Shown here one piece after another: positions 57,018 to 59,245 of a DNA stretch of 59,245 nucleotides. Every line of letters begins with the position of its first letter. The first letter of the stretch is position 1. The position numbers and the translations under genes were made by a program. Under the pieces are notes generated by a model. The model made no database searches, was not told where the DNA came from, and worked only from the letters and a program-made list of their open reading frames with translations. The DNA is taken from positions 1-59,245 of the forward strand of contig PKTW01000022.1 of the NCBI GenBank assembly GCA_002868955.1, read 5' to 3'. Source of the stretch: Desulfobulbaceae bacterium (lineage in GTDB: Bacteria > Desulfobacterota > Desulfobulbia > Desulfobulbales > BM004).

Positions 57018-58109
57018 TCACTGCCGGTGTGGGGAAACTGTAAACCATTCAATATATTTACTTCTGAGATCCGGCCAGGAAAAACAGCTTGTCAAAGCCT
57101 TTGAATGCATTTCATCGATTTTGTCAGGATCAGTTAATGCTTTTTGTAATTTGTTGAACAAAGCTCCATTTTCATAAAGATATTGTGCGGGAAAAAGTTC
57201 CGGGTAGGATAAAGAGTTGGTAAGCAAGGGGAGACAGCCAGCCCGCACAGCCTCGATGACTGAGATGCCGTAGAATTCATGTTTGGCTGTTGAAACAACG
57301 ATATCCCCCTGGGTAAGCAGTCGCGCGTATTCATCCCGTGATTCGACATAGCCATAATGCAGGATCTTGTGCTGCAGTTTGTCCTGTGCAACAGAAAAAA
57401 TCTGCGGTTTTCTTCTGAAAGATTGCCCCAGGACAATCAGCCTGAAATCGAATGCGTTTGCATCAAGCTCAAAAAGGGTATTAAAAAAGTATTTCGGGTT
57501 TTTATCATGTTCCCAGCGATGATTCCAGACAATGACCGGAGTTTCGGAGTTTTTTCTGTTTGATTGTGCTGCTTTGTCTATTTGACTGAAATCTATACCG
57601 GGGTATAGGATCGAGACCTTTGCTTCAATTTTTTTCATTATGCCTTCAAGCTTCATGTCAGGGCATACCTTCAGTATCTTTTGCACTCCTTGCAAAAAAG
57701 TCTGCAAATTATAAGCGGTGCTGAACGCCACTTTGTCAGATGCCAGGACAGTGGTGAGATTTGTCAGGCCGAAATGGAAATCCCGTTCATCCTCTTTACG
57801 AACCGGGTAGGCAAACTGGTTTTCATGAAAGTAGGTATAAAACGGCAGTTGACTCACAGGAACCGGCAGAATAGAGCGGAGAGCGGCAACATCAACAAAG
57901 GACGAGGAGAAAATCGCATCAATTTTTGTTTCGTTGAACAGTTCTATTATTTTGTCGGCATAAAACGGAGCAGCAAGCCGCATGCGCCATTTCCATTTCC
58001 TGGCAGGCAGGGTCAGCAGCATAAAATCAAAAGGCAAATGGGTCTGTAAGCCATCGAGAAATGTCTTATGAGAGCCACCGTAGTAAGGTTCAAGAACCAG
58101 AATTTTCAT
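57018..58109 (-). CDS. DUF3524 plus GT4-type glycosyltransferase (GTDC1/QTMAN-like)
   Basis: ATG at 58109. The N-terminus MKILVLEPYYGGSHKTF....LP.RKWKWRMR is the DUF3524 signature, and the C-terminal half is GT-B like (E.YGISVIEA). Confidence 0.82.
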   Translation of the reverse strand: MKILVLEPYYGGSHKTFLDGLQTHLPFDFMLLTLPARKWKWRMRLAAPFYADKIIELFNETKIDAIFSSSFVDVAALRSILPVPVSQLPFYTYFHENQFAYPVRKEDERDFHFGLTNLTTVLASDKVAFSTAYNLQTFLQGVQKILKVCPDMKLEGIMKKIEAKVSILYPGIDFSQIDKAAQSNRKNSETPVIVWNHRWEHDKNPKYFFNTLFELDANAFDFRLIVLGQSFRRKPQIFSVAQDKLQHKILHYGYVESRDEYARLLTQGDIVVSTAKHEFYGISVIEAVRAGCLPLLTNSLSYPELFPAQYLYENGALFNKLQKALTDPDKIDEMHSKALTSCFSWPDLRSKYIEWFTVSPHRQ

Positions 58110-58110
58110 G

Positions 58111-59245
58111 TTAACTGCCTTGAATGATAAGGTTATGAAACTCATCTACGGCCAGGGAAAATGAAGCTGGAAGCAGTATGGTCGTATAATTATCAACAAT
58201 AAGCGCTGGTCCTGAAAGGGTTAAGCCTGCTGCCATGTCGGCTCGTTTGAAAACAGGCACATCCACTGGCGTATGCTCAAAATAGATAGGTTGTTCACAG
58301 AGTGGCCTGATCTTCGGGTGAGCCGTCTTTTTCTGACGGGGGAGAGCTTTTTTCTTGCGGTTTAGTTTAAGCGAACACTGTATTGATATCAGTTCAAGGG
58401 GGGTATCCTGCAGCCTGTAGCCGTAATTGTGTTCATGGGTCTGATGAAACAGTTCGATGAAATTTTTTTCGTACGGGATACAAAGTTCATAGGATTGTCC
58501 CTGGTATCGCAGATTCAGAAACCTGGAAACATCAATATCAGCCTGGTCTCCATTTCTACAAAGTGTCTTTGCTTCGATAAAACCCCTATGCACTAGAGTT
58601 TGCATGGTATTGGCAAGAGCAGGGCTATTTAATTCTTTGCCGTGCAGAAAAAGGGCCTGCATATAGTCAAGGCTCGGTTCGGCAAAAACCATGCCCTGAG
58701 CCGATAAAATGCCGGCACGGGCCGGGATGATAATTTTCTGAATGGCTAATTCCCTGGCAAGTTCACAGCAGTGCAGCCCTGAAGCCCCCCCAAAGGCAAA
58801 AAGGCAGAATTCCTTGGGGTCGTATCCCCTTTCAAGAGAAACCGCACGAATAGCTTTTGCCATGCTGGCATTGACAATACGGATTATACCAAGAGCAGCT
58901 GCCACAGGTGAAAGCCCCAACTGCTTAGCCAATTTTCCCATGGCAGCAGCAACCTTCCCTGTCTGCAGCTGCATGGTGCCGCCCATGAATTGGTCCGGCA
59001 GCAGGCGGCCAAGAAAAAGATTGGCGTCGGTTACCGTGAGTTTTTTGCCGCCAACTCCGTAACAGATCGGACCAGGCCTGGCGCCGGCGCTTTCCGGTCC
59101 AACTTTTAGCAGACCACCGGCGTCTCTATGGGCCAATGAACCGCCCCCTGCCCCGACAGTGTGGATATCCATGACTTCTATACGGATGGGGTAGCCGTCA
59201 ATCTGGTGGTCTCTGGTGAGAGTCGGTTTCCCGTCGCAAAGTGAA
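58111..59245 (-). CDS. hydantoinase/oxoprolinase (HyuA) family protein, C-terminal part (5' end outside the window)
   Basis: The ORF is open to the window end. It carries the Hydantoinase_A motif DIHTVGAGGGS. Its TAA stop is 1 nt from the downstream ATG. Confidence 0.85.
   Translation of the reverse strand, partial: SLCDGKPTLTRDHQIDGYPIRIEVMDIHTVGAGGGSLAHRDAGGLLKVGPESAGARPGPICYGVGGKKLTVTDANLFLGRLLPDQFMGGTMQLQTGKVAAAMGKLAKQLGLSPVAAALGIIRIVNASMAKAIRAVSLERGYDPKEFCLFAFGGASGLHCCELARELAIQKIIIPARAGILSAQGMVFAEPSLDYMQALFLHGKELNSPALANTMQTLVHRGFIEAKTLCRNGDQADIDVSRFLNLRYQGQSYELCIPYEKNFIELFHQTHEHNYGYRLQDTPLELISIQCSLKLNRKKKALPRQKKTAHPKIRPLCEQPIYFEHTPVDVPVFKRADMAAGLTLSGPALIVDNYTTILLPASFSLAVDEFHNLIIQGS

Noticed and set aside
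1-59245. CRISPR arrays, tRNA or rRNA genes, IS elements, integrases, or toxin-antitoxin and defence cassettes.
   Set aside because: I saw no regularly spaced direct repeats, no cloverleaf-like or rRNA-like segments in the intergenic regions, and no transposase, integrase or nuclease-type ORFs. The window looks like core chromosome.

Overview
This 59.2-kb chromosomal window looks like it comes from an anaerobic, Desulfobacterales-like deltaproteobacterium. That placement is inferred from gene content only.

**Main feature.** A minus-strand Wood-Ljungdahl / CODH-ACS operon of about 13.6 kb spans 21974..35614. Its order is folD, acsA(cooS), a metF::acsD fusion, acsB, acsC, a two-module HdrA-like flavoprotein, and an MvhD-like protein.
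- The ORF track splits both HdrA and MvhD. In each case the break is a single in-frame TGA at a conserved Cys position, followed by a hairpin with GGU in its loop. I read both as selenoproteins, not pseudogenes.
- The metF::acsD fusion carries a long Pro/Ala plus Ala/Lys/Glu linker that contains five 33-bp tandem repeats.
- MvhD ends in an 81-aa Lys/Ala/Pro tail resembling histone H1.
- A 17/19 match to the Fur box lies just upstream of acsA.

**Other blocks.**
- A nine-gene V-type ATPase operon (44024..52009) with a 71-aa single-hairpin proteolipid.
- Amino-acid genes: purB (partial), cimA, lysC, serC.
- RNA and tRNA modification or repair genes: recJ, miaA, trmL, rlmN, rlmH, rtcB plus archease.
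- glgB.
- A sigma-54-type promoter in front of a P-II-like gene and a small membrane protein.
- A PilZ gene followed by an orphan ParA/MinD ATPase with an N-terminal zinc ribbon.
- A secreted protein with four internal repeats, next to a double-TM2 membrane protein.
- A decayed cfa pseudogene.
- A DUF3524/GTDC1-like glycosyltransferase that appears translationally coupled to a hydantoinase-family gene.

**Not found.** I saw no rRNA, tRNA, CRISPR array, transposase or integrase. I could not confirm any defence-type or otherwise novel multi-gene system. The most unusual items are the selenoprotein recoding sites, the fusion and low-complexity architecture of the Wood-Ljungdahl operon, and several uncharacterised small clusters.

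**Limits.** All homology statements rest on motif recognition by eye. No searches were run.
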